In this document: positions 36,764 through 45,318 of the stretch, piece after piece | Position numbering within the stretch: the stretch's first letter is position 1 | How the letters are laid out: the number at the start of each line of letters is the position of its first letter | DNA from: a virus | Lineage: Duplodnaviria; Caudoviricetes | Length of the DNA stretch: 53,003 nucleotides | Reading direction: 5' to 3' (one strand) | IMG/VR virus record: IMGVR_UViG_3300030101_003060 | Span: 1-53,003 of that record | Translations under genes and position numbers: made by a program | The notes under the pieces: generated by a model | What the model was told of the DNA's origin: nothing | Seen by the model: the letters and a program-made list of their open reading frames with translations, nothing else | Database searches by the model: none

Positions 36764-37726
36764 ATGTCTGACCGTCGAACTCTTGAAGAACTTAAGTTAC
36801 TGCTGAGGGCTTCCCATGCAGCAGAACAAGAACTTATTTCTAAGAGAAAGGATCTAATTGAAAACCTACGAAACGTAGGCACCCAATGGGCAGACCCGGA
36901 TTTTCAAGTCCCTAGTGATCTTACAAAAGAACAAAGAAGAGTTAAAATTGCTCGATTGTCTGCGTTGAATGATCGTCTAATGGGGAGAGAAGAAGCAACG
37001 ATTGTCGATGAGTTTGACGGAAAACATCAGGTTCTTAAAAAAACGCCTAAAGCATACCGTAAAGGTAAGTTTGAAAGAAGCCGTAGAAAACTTATTGCCG
37101 ACCAACTTCGGCAAGTGAGAAAAGACTTTCCTAATCCCAAACAAGCAGCAGCACATCTTTATGACATTTTAAGAGCAGATGTTGATGCAGGGAAAAAAAC
37201 AGTTTTTGGATTTTCCTCTTCAATTAAAAACCCTTTGATTGATCTTACTCGGGCTATTGACGAGGCTCCTGCTGACGCTTATGACAGTTTAGCGGAAGAA
37301 GATTTCTATCGTAGAAACTACGAAGATGGAGATTCTTCAGACTATGAATTTGATCCTGATGAACACAATAAAGAGATTGATAGGGAGGCAAAGAAAAGAG
37401 AAAAAGAAGAAGTAAACAAGGCCAGAAAAAAAGGTGCATTCTCAAAACGCAATCTTAGAAGAACCCCAACTAAAGATTTGATGAATCTTTTGGGGGTCGC
37501 CTTGTCTCGCATTGATCCTGATGCAGCCCTTTCTGTAACGGAAGAACTTAATAGGAGAGGGATTGATGAAGTTAATCGGGGGATGTCCCGACGTAAGATG
37601 ATTGGAAAAACTGTAGGCCAAGCGGTTAAACCCAACTTGCCTAAGTCAGTCCCCGGTACCGGTGGGGTGGGGGGACAGGTAGCCAAGACGTTCCTTCGTC
37701 TTATTACCCGAGGCCGAGGCATCTAA
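36764..37726 (+). CDS. hypothetical protein (charged, AT-rich gene)
   Basis: 320-aa ORF. Confidence 0.75.
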   Translation: MSDRRTLEELKLLLRASHAAEQELISKRKDLIENLRNVGTQWADPDFQVPSDLTKEQRRVKIARLSALNDRLMGREEATIVDEFDGKHQVLKKTPKAYRKGKFERSRRKLIADQLRQVRKDFPNPKQAAAHLYDILRADVDAGKKTVFGFSSSIKNPLIDLTRAIDEAPADAYDSLAEEDFYRRNYEDGDSSDYEFDPDEHNKEIDREAKKREKEEVNKARKKGAFSKRNLRRTPTKDLMNLLGVALSRIDPDAALSVTEELNRRGIDEVNRGMSRRKMIGKTVGQAVKPNLPKSVPGTGGVGGQVAKTFLRLITRGRGI

Positions 37727-37802
37727 TGGAGCCAGAACAAACAACTGAAGAGAAGCCTGCTCCATGCCATGCTTGTGTCTCGCAAAAGAAGACACAGGTA
37801 AT

Positions 37803-37845
37803 AAAAAGACCCCTACCCCCAGGACCGTTGAAAGGGGGTAGGGGC
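37803..37845. terminator. terminator at the convergence of the two arms
   Basis: CCCCTACCCCC/GGGGGTAGGGG stem with a T-tract on the - strand. Confidence 0.75.
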
Positions 37846-37857
37846 AAGAAAGGAAAA

Positions 37858-38823
37858 TCAATCTGCGTGCTGCATCGCCAGCTTGAAGGCCGTCGAGGTC
37901 TTGTCGTTGCTGGCACCCATCAGCTTGTTGTAAGCCCGCATGTCCGAGTCCTTGGTGCGGTTACGGTTCTGGAGCCAACGACTTGAGGCATTGAAGGCGT
38001 TCCAGTAGGTGGTGCCTGCGACTTCGCGTTCACTGTCGAAGTTGTTGCAGATCTCCCAGATGGAACGACTGGCCCGCTGCTTCTTGTCGTAGTCTGCGTC
38101 GGTCTTGATCTCGGTCGGGATCGTTTCGACGCACTTATTGTACATGTCATAGAAGAAGTTCTCAACTTCTTCCCGCGTAACCTCGGTGTTTCGGAGGTGT
38201 TCGCAGACTTCTTGGAAGTCCTCCAGTCCCCCCAGATACTTGCGGAGTTGGGTGCGTGCCTCGTCTACCCGCGTCATGATGTTCTGGGTGTGGCGGAGGT
38301 TGAAGACCTGCCCCTTCTTGCCCAGTGCCCACGACAACGTGTTGTTGCAGACTACTCGGACAGAGGTGGGTCGAGCCGAGAACGACAGCGATCCATCGTG
38401 ACCGTTGGCGATCAGGACGTATGGTACGACGGGGTCATCGTTACCTACGTCGAAGGTGTCAGCCTTTAACAGGAACCAAAGCCGCTTGCCACTGAAGAGG
38501 GAGCCAGCCGATTCCACCTTAACGACGGTGTCCATCGACAGTTCCTCGCAGAACCGAGCGACGGTTTCGTTCTGAATGGGCTGGTACCCACTCGTTACAC
38601 AACCGAGAACGTCGTTGTTGTCGCTTCGGTAGTTCAACGTCCACCCGTCAGAGTGAACATTGCCATCGCCAACGCCTTCGGTCTGCTTGACTGTCCAGTC
38701 AAGACCGGCGATCTGGAGTGCTTCTTGTGGGGTCGGTGCATCTTCAACGATGGTACCGAGTCCGTGCCATGCTTCTTCCTTGTGAAGGACAAGCCCGTCA
38801 GTGCTAGTAATTTCGTGAGCCAT
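37858..38823 (-). CDS. DUF932 phage/plasmid-like protein
   Basis: MAHEI...AWHGLG...AGLDWTV...YQPIQN...ESAGSL...NGHDGS...RVVCNNTL...RHT...GTTYWNAFNA. Confidence 0.92.
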   Translation of the reverse strand: MAHEITSTDGLVLHKEEAWHGLGTIVEDAPTPQEALQIAGLDWTVKQTEGVGDGNVHSDGWTLNYRSDNNDVLGCVTSGYQPIQNETVARFCEELSMDTVVKVESAGSLFSGKRLWFLLKADTFDVGNDDPVVPYVLIANGHDGSLSFSARPTSVRVVCNNTLSWALGKKGQVFNLRHTQNIMTRVDEARTQLRKYLGGLEDFQEVCEHLRNTEVTREEVENFFYDMYNKCVETIPTEIKTDADYDKKQRASRSIWEICNNFDSEREVAGTTYWNAFNASSRWLQNRNRTKDSDMRAYNKLMGASNDKTSTAFKLAMQHAD

Positions 38824-38826
38824 TAG

Positions 38827-39054
38827 TCAATACTCCGCTACTTGGGTGTGAATGGTAACTTGAACGACAACCTCTGCTTCAAGGATGTCACTTCCAGCGG
38901 GAAGATTTTTAGCGATGTCTTTTTCAATAGAATCGTCGATCAGATCTCTGATCATATCTCTTACGTCAATAGAAAGATGTTCCCAATGAAAAACCCGGTT
39001 CGTTACGACCGGGTGTACTTGCGATTCATCTGGTTGAACGTCATACATTTTCAT
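38827..39054 (-). CDS. hypothetical protein
   Basis: Start MKMYDV with GGAG RBS. Confidence 0.65.
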   Translation of the reverse strand: MKMYDVQPDESQVHPVVTNRVFHWEHLSIDVRDMIRDLIDDSIEKDIAKNLPAGSDILEAEVVVQVTIHTQVAEY

Positions 39055-39490
39055 GGGTGTCTCCAAGTGGAATCCAAACTTCATAGGTTCCAGTGTGATT
39101 GTTACGCAGGCCCACGGGTAGCCTGCCCGGTGTCAGCTTCAGGAGTTGGTGGGGGGAAAGAAACTCCGCCAACTCTGCTTTGTGTTCTTTGGTTATGTGG
39201 AAGTCTATGAATTTGAGAAAACCCCGAACCTGTCTAAACGCCATGACGACTGGTCGCCGTAGTGTCTCAACGGGTCCGGGGTTGTCTCCGACCCTAGCCA
39301 CCAGCCATTGGCCGACGACTGAGATTGTTCCCTCCTGCCTCCAGAATCCCCTTGCGGTGAGATTCAGTAGGTCCAACGGTGGCAGTGGAACTTCCTCAAG
39401 ACCTTGAGTTATACGGATCCTGACAGCCGCATCAAGGTCTTCGTTCTCGCGTACAGGAGAAAGAGTAGACCACAACGAATAGTCTGTCAA
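39041..39490 (-). CDS. hypothetical protein
   Basis: TTG start with AGGAGG RBS. Confidence 0.7.
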   Translation of the reverse strand: MTDYSLWSTLSPVRENEDLDAAVRIRITQGLEEVPLPPLDLLNLTARGFWRQEGTISVVGQWLVARVGDNPGPVETLRRPVVMAFRQVRGFLKFIDFHITKEHKAELAEFLSPHQLLKLTPGRLPVGLRNNHTGTYEVWIPLGDTHENV

Positions 39491-39501
39491 GCCGCACCTC
39501 C

Positions 39502-39716
39502 TAAAAAGCCCCGCTCTCCTTGCAGGGAAAACGGGGCCGAGAGGAGAAAAGATGAAAGGGGTGAGGCCCGTAGCAACGGAAACCTCACCCCGGAAGTGGG
39601 GGGACTAGTTCAGTACCTAGAGTATCCAATGTCCCCGTAGGACACTCCAAGGGAATTGTAAAAATACCCCCTCCCCGACTTCAAGTTGGACCAAGAGGTC
39701 GTAATGGGGAGGGGGC
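39502..39716 (-). ncRNA. structured intergenic region with four tandem hairpins (ncRNA or attenuator candidate)
   Basis: Stems CCCCCTCCCC/GGGGAGGGGG, GGGGAC/GTCCCC, GGGGTGAGG/CCTCACCCC and GCCCCG/CGGGGC; three are followed by U-rich runs. Confidence 0.4.
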
Positions 39717-39725
39717 TGAGTTGGC

Positions 39726-40238
39726 TCAGGATTCTTGGAGGCGTTCGAGGACGGTTTCCTCACCGTAGACCTTGCCGTTCTGTCCAGTGCGAGACTTGCA
39801 GCGGACACGAACGGGGACTTCCTCAACACCAAGGAGTTCCTCGATCTGCATGAGGCCCGCACCCATGGAGGGAACGTCACCAAGGGTCACAGTGAGGGTC
39901 TGCTTCATTCGCTTGAGAGCGATGTCCACACGGATCTGACCGCCCTCAGTCTTGAGTCCAGCCTTGCCACAGTCCGGGAAGACCATGGGACCTCCCTCGA
40001 AGGAGCGGGGGTTGTCGGGCTGCTCATCGTCCGTGAGGAGCCGGTAAGTAAACTTGATGAGAGTGCCGTCGTGGGCCGTGCCGTCCTTCTCCTTGAAGGG
40101 GCAATCCACCTGCACAACGCCGGTGATGAGGGCTTCGTAGGTTCCGTCTTCCGGGAACCAGTCGTTGTAGCCTTCGGAGACTTCTGCTGCTGCGAAGTCG
40201 GTTTCGAAGTTGTCGAATACTGCACGCTTAATGCTCAT
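39726..40238 (-). CDS. DUF669-like single-stranded DNA-binding protein
   Basis: FPEDGTYEALIT OB-fold start; directly follows the Sak4-like ATPase; start MSIKRAVF. Confidence 0.65.
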   Translation of the reverse strand: MSIKRAVFDNFETDFAAAEVSEGYNDWFPEDGTYEALITGVVQVDCPFKEKDGTAHDGTLIKFTYRLLTDDEQPDNPRSFEGGPMVFPDCGKAGLKTEGGQIRVDIALKRMKQTLTVTLGDVPSMGAGLMQIEELLGVEEVPVRVRCKSRTGQNGKVYGEETVLERLQES

Positions 40239-40239
40239 G

Positions 40240-41106
40240 TCAGGAATCCTTGTTTGCGTTATCGAACGCGGTTTCAAAAGAACCCCATGGATCAACAGGA
40301 TCCAGAGGTACGTTGGGCATACGGTTGGTAGTACGGGTACGAATGATACGAGAGAACCGAGGATCATCAAACGCCAACTTGCGGTCGAAGAGGATCTTCT
40401 CGGTGGGTACCTTCCGGTCGATTGTCTTGGTACCAGACTTCACAGTCTTGACTTCCATGACGGTGGTGGACTTGCGATCACAGCAGACGGGGGCAATCAT
40501 CTCGACTGCTGGGGTGAGGCGACGAACCATACCTGCTGAAAGGTTGAGCGTCAACTCTTCCTGCTTGGCACCGTCGTCTGAGACTTGCAGGAACTCACGG
40601 CTCAGGTGTGCGATGAACCAGACACCGTAGCCCACTTGTCGGAGATCGAAGGCGAACGATAGGATCTCGTCGAAGAGTTTGTCGTAGGCGGCTGGGCCAT
40701 GTGCCTGCTCGAAGGAAGTGCGGTCCATCTTCTTGGCGATGTAGGGTTTGAGGAGTCGAACGCATGGCGTAATGGTGTCGAGAACTACGCACTTGGGTCG
40801 AGGCTCGTCTGCCTTAGCCATGTCGATGAGTTGCTGTTTCTTTTCCAGCACCTTGTCCCATGTCAGGACGAGATGCTTGTTGTCGATGTCGATTGGTAGA
40901 CCGGCATCGTCAACACCGGGCCAGATGGTAGCCCTGCATTCGGGTGTGACCGTTGACGAGAGGTCAAGGTTGATGATGAATGCGTCAGGGTTTGACTGAA
41001 ACAGGTACGACTTACCTGTGTTCTGTTCTCCGACAACCATGCCGAAGAGTGCGTTGAGCGGATACTTCATCCGCTGTCCTGAGAAGCCGAGTTTGGTAAA
41101 GCCCAT
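40240..41106 (-). CDS. Sak4-like (AAA_24) recombinase ATPase
   Basis: Walker A VVGEQNTGKS, Walker B VVLDTI, WFIAH. Confidence 0.8.
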   Translation of the reverse strand: MGFTKLGFSGQRMKYPLNALFGMVVGEQNTGKSYLFQSNPDAFIINLDLSSTVTPECRATIWPGVDDAGLPIDIDNKHLVLTWDKVLEKKQQLIDMAKADEPRPKCVVLDTITPCVRLLKPYIAKKMDRTSFEQAHGPAAYDKLFDEILSFAFDLRQVGYGVWFIAHLSREFLQVSDDGAKQEELTLNLSAGMVRRLTPAVEMIAPVCCDRKSTTVMEVKTVKSGTKTIDRKVPTEKILFDRKLAFDDPRFSRIIRTRTTNRMPNVPLDPVDPWGSFETAFDNANKDS

Positions 41107-41135
41107 CGGTTCCCCTTTCATAAAAGTGGTGTGTG

Positions 41136-41495
41136 TCATGCAAGGCCAAACATATCGTTTCGATTAAGACCGGAACGAGGATCTATCATGCTTTCGGAAG
41201 TTGATACCTCATTGTCAAAGACAATTTCTTCTTCCGGCTCTGTCGCCCCGGCCACCGGACGGGGCGAAGAGGCGGTGAATAAACCTTTAATCGTCACGGT
41301 CTTTACGAATTCGATATCCAATGTTTTGAGGTACTCATCGAACTTTGCTGCGGAGATAGGGAATCCTTCCTGCTCCATAAACATGGCTCGAAGTTCTGCC
41401 TTGTTCTTGATGTCGGGGTTATTGCTGACACAGGTCTGTAGCTTGGGTCGGATTACGAGTTCCGCCACATCCTTGTCAAAGTTGTTGTCTGTCAT
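41136..41495 (-). CDS. hypothetical protein
   Basis: 119-aa ORF with GAGGA RBS. Confidence 0.7.
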   Translation of the reverse strand: MTDNNFDKDVAELVIRPKLQTCVSNNPDIKNKAELRAMFMEQEGFPISAAKFDEYLKTLDIEFVKTVTIKGLFTASSPRPVAGATEPEEEIVFDNEVSTSESMIDPRSGLNRNDMFGLA

Positions 41496-41632
41496 CGTTG
41501 TCCTCTTTTCTTGTATCCGGGGCGTGGTTGTGCCTTGGCTTTGGTTCTGTCCTTGGGGTTGTTAGCCATTCCCCTAGCGCATCGAGTCACAGCGTCTTGG
41601 GTCCACTTGCTTCTGTGTTTGTTGTGCTTCAT
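41492..41632 (-). CDS. 46-aa basic microprotein
   Basis: MKHNKHRSKWTQDAVTRCARG...YKKRGQR; ATGA overlaps at both ends; not in the track. Confidence 0.55.
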   Translation of the reverse strand: MKHNKHRSKWTQDAVTRCARGMANNPKDRTKAKAQPRPGYKKRGQR

Positions 41633-42954
41633 TCCTCGAACTCCGAACCGGGTTCTGTGATCACGTCGAACTCAATCTCTTCGGGGATGGGGTCATCCCT
41701 ACGTCGAAGAGTAAAGCCTTCGCTCTGTATCAGCGACGGCCAATCCCCTACAGGCGAAAGCATGAAGGGGGAGTATGTCGAAAAGCGACCCATGTGTGCC
41801 ACACGATCTGGCATGGGGAAGTTCTCGGGGTATGGTTTGCAGAGGGCGTAGTGTTGGACCAGCCGTACACGGTCACGATACCTTTTGTTGATGGTGTCGT
41901 CAAGGATCAGGGAGGCTTTTGTTATGGAAATATTGACTGGGGGGTCCTCGTCCCACTCCGCCCGCTTGTCCTCATAGTCCCCCCTTGCATGGTACCAGTC
42001 GCTACACCGGAGGAGGTAGTTGTCGAACCGGGGTTCGCCCTCGTAGACCTTGGTGTTTCGGGGCAGGCCCTTGCGGGGTCCCGACTTCAGGGGGGTCATG
42101 TCGTAGGTGTAGTCCCGGTCCTTCATACCGAAGTCAATGGTCGGCTTCCGCACTGCAAGGTGCATCATGCCACCGAGGGTAGCGTCCTTGGGAATCTTGA
42201 AGGCTTTCTGGATCTGTCCCGTCTTCATCAGTTCGTTGACGGAGAACATGTAGTGTTCGCATTGGAACTCAATGGGCACCGACGTGAGTCTTGCCTTCGG
42301 TGAGATGGCTGTGGTCTTGAGGTCCACGATCCAGACCGTGTTGTCCTCCTTGTTGTAAAGGAGGAGGTCAGGTTGACAAATGCACCGAATGGGACGAGAT
42401 CTATCGTCGGTCTTGATAGACGTGACGAGTCGATACTCGGTACCCATCCGATGCCATTTGGGGTTGAGTAGGATATCCTCGAACGACTGGCCGTCCAAGC
42501 AGGGGATGGAGCGGGCTGCTTCGTACCAAGCCAAAGAGGAACGCATGTCACGCTCCTCGCGTTCAAGGATAGCTGTTATTCCTGACCCAACCACACCGAT
42601 CTCGTCACATGATTCCCTAAGTTCATCGAACCTAGCCGATAGGCCTTCTTCTAATCGGCTACGGGCATCAAGGGGAGAACGGTGGTAGTGTTGGAACCGG
42701 AGGTGCATCCAAGTTCCACGATTCAAGGCTTTGGTCCACTTGAAAGAGGGGACTATGCCGAGCCGTCTTGCCATGAAGTAGGCGAAGGGATCGCTCAGGC
42801 AAGTGCTGTAGTCACTGCTTCTTAGTGGGGGGACTATCGCGTTCAGGCCGTGGGCCTGAAGATACTCGTAGGCTTCCCGAGACATATTCGTTGGTCGGGG
42901 AGCATTCGTCTTTACAGGCGGCGGCGTGTCGTTCCAGTCGTTCTCTAAGGTCAT
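41629..42954 (-). CDS. PD-(D/E)XK (RecB/Cas4-like) exonuclease
   Basis: SSDYSTCLSDP, RGTWMH, QPDLL...IVDLKT, QCEHY. Confidence 0.85.
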   Translation of the reverse strand: MTLENDWNDTPPPVKTNAPRPTNMSREAYEYLQAHGLNAIVPPLRSSDYSTCLSDPFAYFMARRLGIVPSFKWTKALNRGTWMHLRFQHYHRSPLDARSRLEEGLSARFDELRESCDEIGVVGSGITAILEREERDMRSSLAWYEAARSIPCLDGQSFEDILLNPKWHRMGTEYRLVTSIKTDDRSRPIRCICQPDLLLYNKEDNTVWIVDLKTTAISPKARLTSVPIEFQCEHYMFSVNELMKTGQIQKAFKIPKDATLGGMMHLAVRKPTIDFGMKDRDYTYDMTPLKSGPRKGLPRNTKVYEGEPRFDNYLLRCSDWYHARGDYEDKRAEWDEDPPVNISITKASLILDDTINKRYRDRVRLVQHYALCKPYPENFPMPDRVAHMGRFSTYSPFMLSPVGDWPSLIQSEGFTLRRRDDPIPEEIEFDVITEPGSEFEE

Positions 42955-43120
42955 AGAGTTCCCTCATGGTGGAGTGTGTAAAAGTTTCGATGCTGTGGAT
43001 TACTTCAGCAATGTCTCGAACTTGCCTAAGCATCAACATGAGTTCTTCCTTCTTACTCATCGGAATCCTCATCTCCGCTTCCATCTTCTCTTCCCATTCT
43101 TTCTGGTTCTGCATTTTCAT
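42812..43120 (-). CDS. hypothetical coiled-coil protein (3' end overlaps the nuclease start)
   Basis: Helical ORF MKMQNQKEWEEK with AAGGA RBS. Confidence 0.45.
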   Translation of the reverse strand: MKMQNQKEWEEKMEAEMRIPMSKKEELMLMLRQVRDIAEVIHSIETFTHSTMRELYDLRERLERHAAACKDECSPTNEYVSGSLRVSSGPRPERDSPPTKKQ

Positions 43121-43289
43121 TATCCTTAATCTGCTCAATGACCATAGCAAAACATTCGTCAATCACAATAGGGTGCCAGCAAGAGTTGATCAACTCCCCT
43201 ACTTCGTAGTTGTTTCTAGCCCAGTCACGATACTCCACTTCCTCTTCGTCCGTAAGTTCCTTGAAGAACTTATATCGTTTGTTACTCAT
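43053..43289 (-). CDS. conserved small phage protein
   Basis: FKELTDEEEVEYRDWARNNY...WHPIV motif; GAGGAG RBS. Confidence 0.7.
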   Translation of the reverse strand: MSNKRYKFFKELTDEEEVEYRDWARNNYEVGELINSCWHPIVIDECFAMVIEQIKDNENAEPERMGREDGSGDEDSDE

Positions 43290-43512
43290 AAGCAGACTCC
43301 TCATAAATGTTCCAGTTGTTTTCCCTGGCTTCCTGTATCTTTTTAAGGATACCTTTCCACGTCCAAGGATCAACGATGTTTCGGTAATCAGAACCTTTGC
43401 CCTTACGAAGACAGCTCCATGTGTTCTTGAACATGTCTGTCTGGACAAAGTAATACTTCTCTTTGTGTTCAAAGTCCGCGTCCGGTTCGACGATAGTGAT
43501 CGTTCTGAGCAT
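43282..43512 (-). CDS. hypothetical protein
   Basis: Start MLRTIT with GAGGA RBS. Confidence 0.6.
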   Translation of the reverse strand: MLRTITIVEPDADFEHKEKYYFVQTDMFKNTWSCLRKGKGSDYRNIVDPWTWKGILKKIQEARENNWNIYEESAYE

Positions 43513-43645
43513 CGGCTTCCTCTTTCTGTATCTCAAGGGGTTCCCCTGAGAAGTCAACAGGGTATGGCTCATAGTGGACACAACTTTGGTGGGGGCAAGG
43601 GCCAGAAGGATCACCGCATCCGGGGCAAGGTTTTACTTCAGTCAT
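43469..43645 (-). CDS. small Cys/His-rich protein
   Basis: MTEVKPCPGCGDPSGPCPHQSCVH. Confidence 0.55.
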   Translation of the reverse strand: MTEVKPCPGCGDPSGPCPHQSCVHYEPYPVDFSGEPLEIQKEEADAQNDHYRRTGRGL

Positions 43646-43937
43646 TATCTTCCTTCTTGTCTGCGTCCCAAATCTCGTTGGAAAGACGATCACGAAACGA
43701 GGACTTGTATTCCTCCCAGAAGTCACGGACGATCCGCTCTATGTCTTGGGATACATAATCTGTCATCTGTTGTGCTACCTTGTCAAGCACGTCCTCTTCC
43801 CAGTCAAGGGTCTTCATGTCATCCTTGAAGTGGTTCTGGGTAAGAGGGTTATGTTCTACGTTGATGATGAAGTCTCGTAGCCATTGAGCGGCTGCAACTT
43901 CAAGGTCGTAGCGAATAGGTTCAATGTCAATCTTCAT
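43638..43937 (-). CDS. acidic hypothetical protein
   Basis: AGGAAGGA RBS downstream of hairpin H6. Confidence 0.7.
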   Translation of the reverse strand: MKIDIEPIRYDLEVAAAQWLRDFIINVEHNPLTQNHFKDDMKTLDWEEDVLDKVAQQMTDYVSQDIERIVRDFWEEYKSSFRDRLSNEIWDADKKEDND

Positions 43938-43958
43938 GATATTCCTTCCTGAATGAGA

Positions 43959-43991
43959 TGACCCCGGCCCGCGTAGCGGGGGCCGGGGTCA
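43959..43991 (-). promoter_or_regulatory. GC-rich intergenic hairpin H6
   Basis: TGACCCCGG-CC-CCCGC-TAC-GCGGG-CCGGGGTCA, followed by an RBS. Confidence 0.7.
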
Positions 43992-44017
43992 GCGTTTCTG
44001 GAATGATTAGTTTTTAA

Positions 44018-44152
44018 TCAGGACTTGCGGTTAAACAGACCGGCGAGCTTACTGATTGGGAAGATTTGGCCCGCAACGTAACCGACGACGAAGGCAAGTC
44101 CTGCGAACCAGAGAGATCCGAGGAAGGATTCGAGTGATGCAAGGTGCAGCAT
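44018..44152 (-). CDS. 44-aa single-TM protein
   Basis: FLGSLWFAGLAFVVGYVAG; AAGGA RBS. Confidence 0.7.
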   Translation of the reverse strand: MLHLASLESFLGSLWFAGLAFVVGYVAGQIFPISKLAGLFNRKS

Positions 44153-44263
44153 TGTTGTGTCCTTATGTGAGCTACGAGTTTGAGAATTAATTCTGAGGCT
44201 TGAACGATCCAAAGATCTGAACCCGGCAATGGGTCCTGCATTCTAGCAAATCTAATGACGGCG

Positions 44264-44812
44264 TTAAGTTCTTGATCGTTTATATGCCTCATCGAAATCC
44301 TTGTCTGTTGCACGCCGTACCGCCACATACTCCCGAACAGTAGCAGGACTGTTGTCGTCCATGACTGCTCTGGCAAGTTCGGCTTCTCGACGCTTGGCTC
44401 TGGGTACGAATCCTATCAACCTCTTTAATAGAGATCCGATCCCGGTACTCCAAAGTATCCAAGCAACAGCAATCAAGATGAGAGCCAACAATCCGTATTC
44501 AACAAGAATCATCCAGTAGGGTGCTTGATCCTCAACGGAAGGCAGTGTTTCATTAATCCGATTAACGAGTGATAGTATGTGGGCTTGGTCGGCCTGTCCC
44601 CCCACTGCTTCGCTCTCTATCAGCGGAAGGTTGGGGGTCGATGCCGTGGCTTCGGACTCAATGGTAGCGAAGCGATCCTTCGACGTGGCTGCCGTATTCG
44701 AGATGTCGGTAGCGGTCGTTGCAATTCTCTTCGTAGCCGAGCAACCAAATGCAAAAACTCCGAGAAAGAAAAGGAAGAGAATTCCATTTCCCAACCAAAG
44801 TCTTCGTTCCAG
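44264..44812 (-). CDS. putative lipoprotein with a second TM segment (spanin-like); start uncertain
   Basis: ERRLWLGNGILFLFFLGVFAFG|C signal; TM YGLLALILIAVAWILWSTGIG. Confidence 0.55.
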   Translation of the reverse strand: MERRLWLGNGILFLFFLGVFAFGCSATKRIATTATDISNTAATSKDRFATIESEATASTPNLPLIESEAVGGQADQAHILSLVNRINETLPSVEDQAPYWMILVEYGLLALILIAVAWILWSTGIGSLLKRLIGFVPRAKRREAELARAVMDDNSPATVREYVAVRRATDKDFDEAYKRSRT

Positions 44813-44825
44813 TCTTGCCCATGTC

Positions 44826-45086
44826 TCATTTAGACTCAAGTCTCGACAGCCTGATGCTGAGTTGCTCAAGAATCCTATCATGCTCTGAGTCTTTTGCTGA
44901 AGAAAAGACTTGAGCTTTGACGAGGTCTTCTGCGATCTCTCGGAGTTCCGTGATCTCACTCGTTGCCTCCTGTAGTTGTTGATCCCTAGACCCAAAGGTA
45001 AAGAAGACGGCACCAACACCTAAAACAAGCACAGCCAACTGAAGTATGTTGGTTGCAACTGTCATTTTCTGAAGTGAATCATTCAT
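44826..45086 (-). CDS. TM plus coiled-coil protein (holin-like)
   Basis: ILQLAVLVLGVGAVFFTF followed by heptads ending IRLSRLE. Confidence 0.6.
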   Translation of the reverse strand: MNDSLQKMTVATNILQLAVLVLGVGAVFFTFGSRDQQLQEATSEITELREIAEDLVKAQVFSSAKDSEHDRILEQLSIRLSRLESK

Positions 45087-45318
45087 CGTCAAGAACTTCT
45101 TCTTCTTCATCATCAATAGTGGGGGGATCAAATGCCTCGTAGGCGTAGTCGATCAGGGCACTACAGGTATGAGCATTGCCGTAAGGGATTAGGAATGTCT
45201 CTGTTTTGCCCCGCTTCACCTTCGAGTAAATGACGACAACAGCGTCGGCACCTTCTTCTTCTATGAAGGATCCAATAATCTCTCGGGAAATCTCAAGCCG
45301 AGTCCTTTTCTTTGACAT
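45079..45318 (-). CDS. hypothetical protein
   Basis: Coupled ORF with an acidic tail. Confidence 0.7.
   Translation of the reverse strand: MSKKRTRLEISREIIGSFIEEEGADAVVVIYSKVKRGKTETFLIPYGNAHTCSALIDYAYEAFDPPTIDDEEEEVLDDE

Noticed and set aside
37726-37986. + strand ORF with CHAC, TAATG-coupled to the upstream gene
   Set aside because: It runs through the terminator hairpin and overlaps DUF932 antisense. It may be a short remnant, but it cannot be supported.
39735-40331. 198-aa + strand ORF
   Set aside because: Antisense shadow of the SSB-like gene within a uniformly - strand region.
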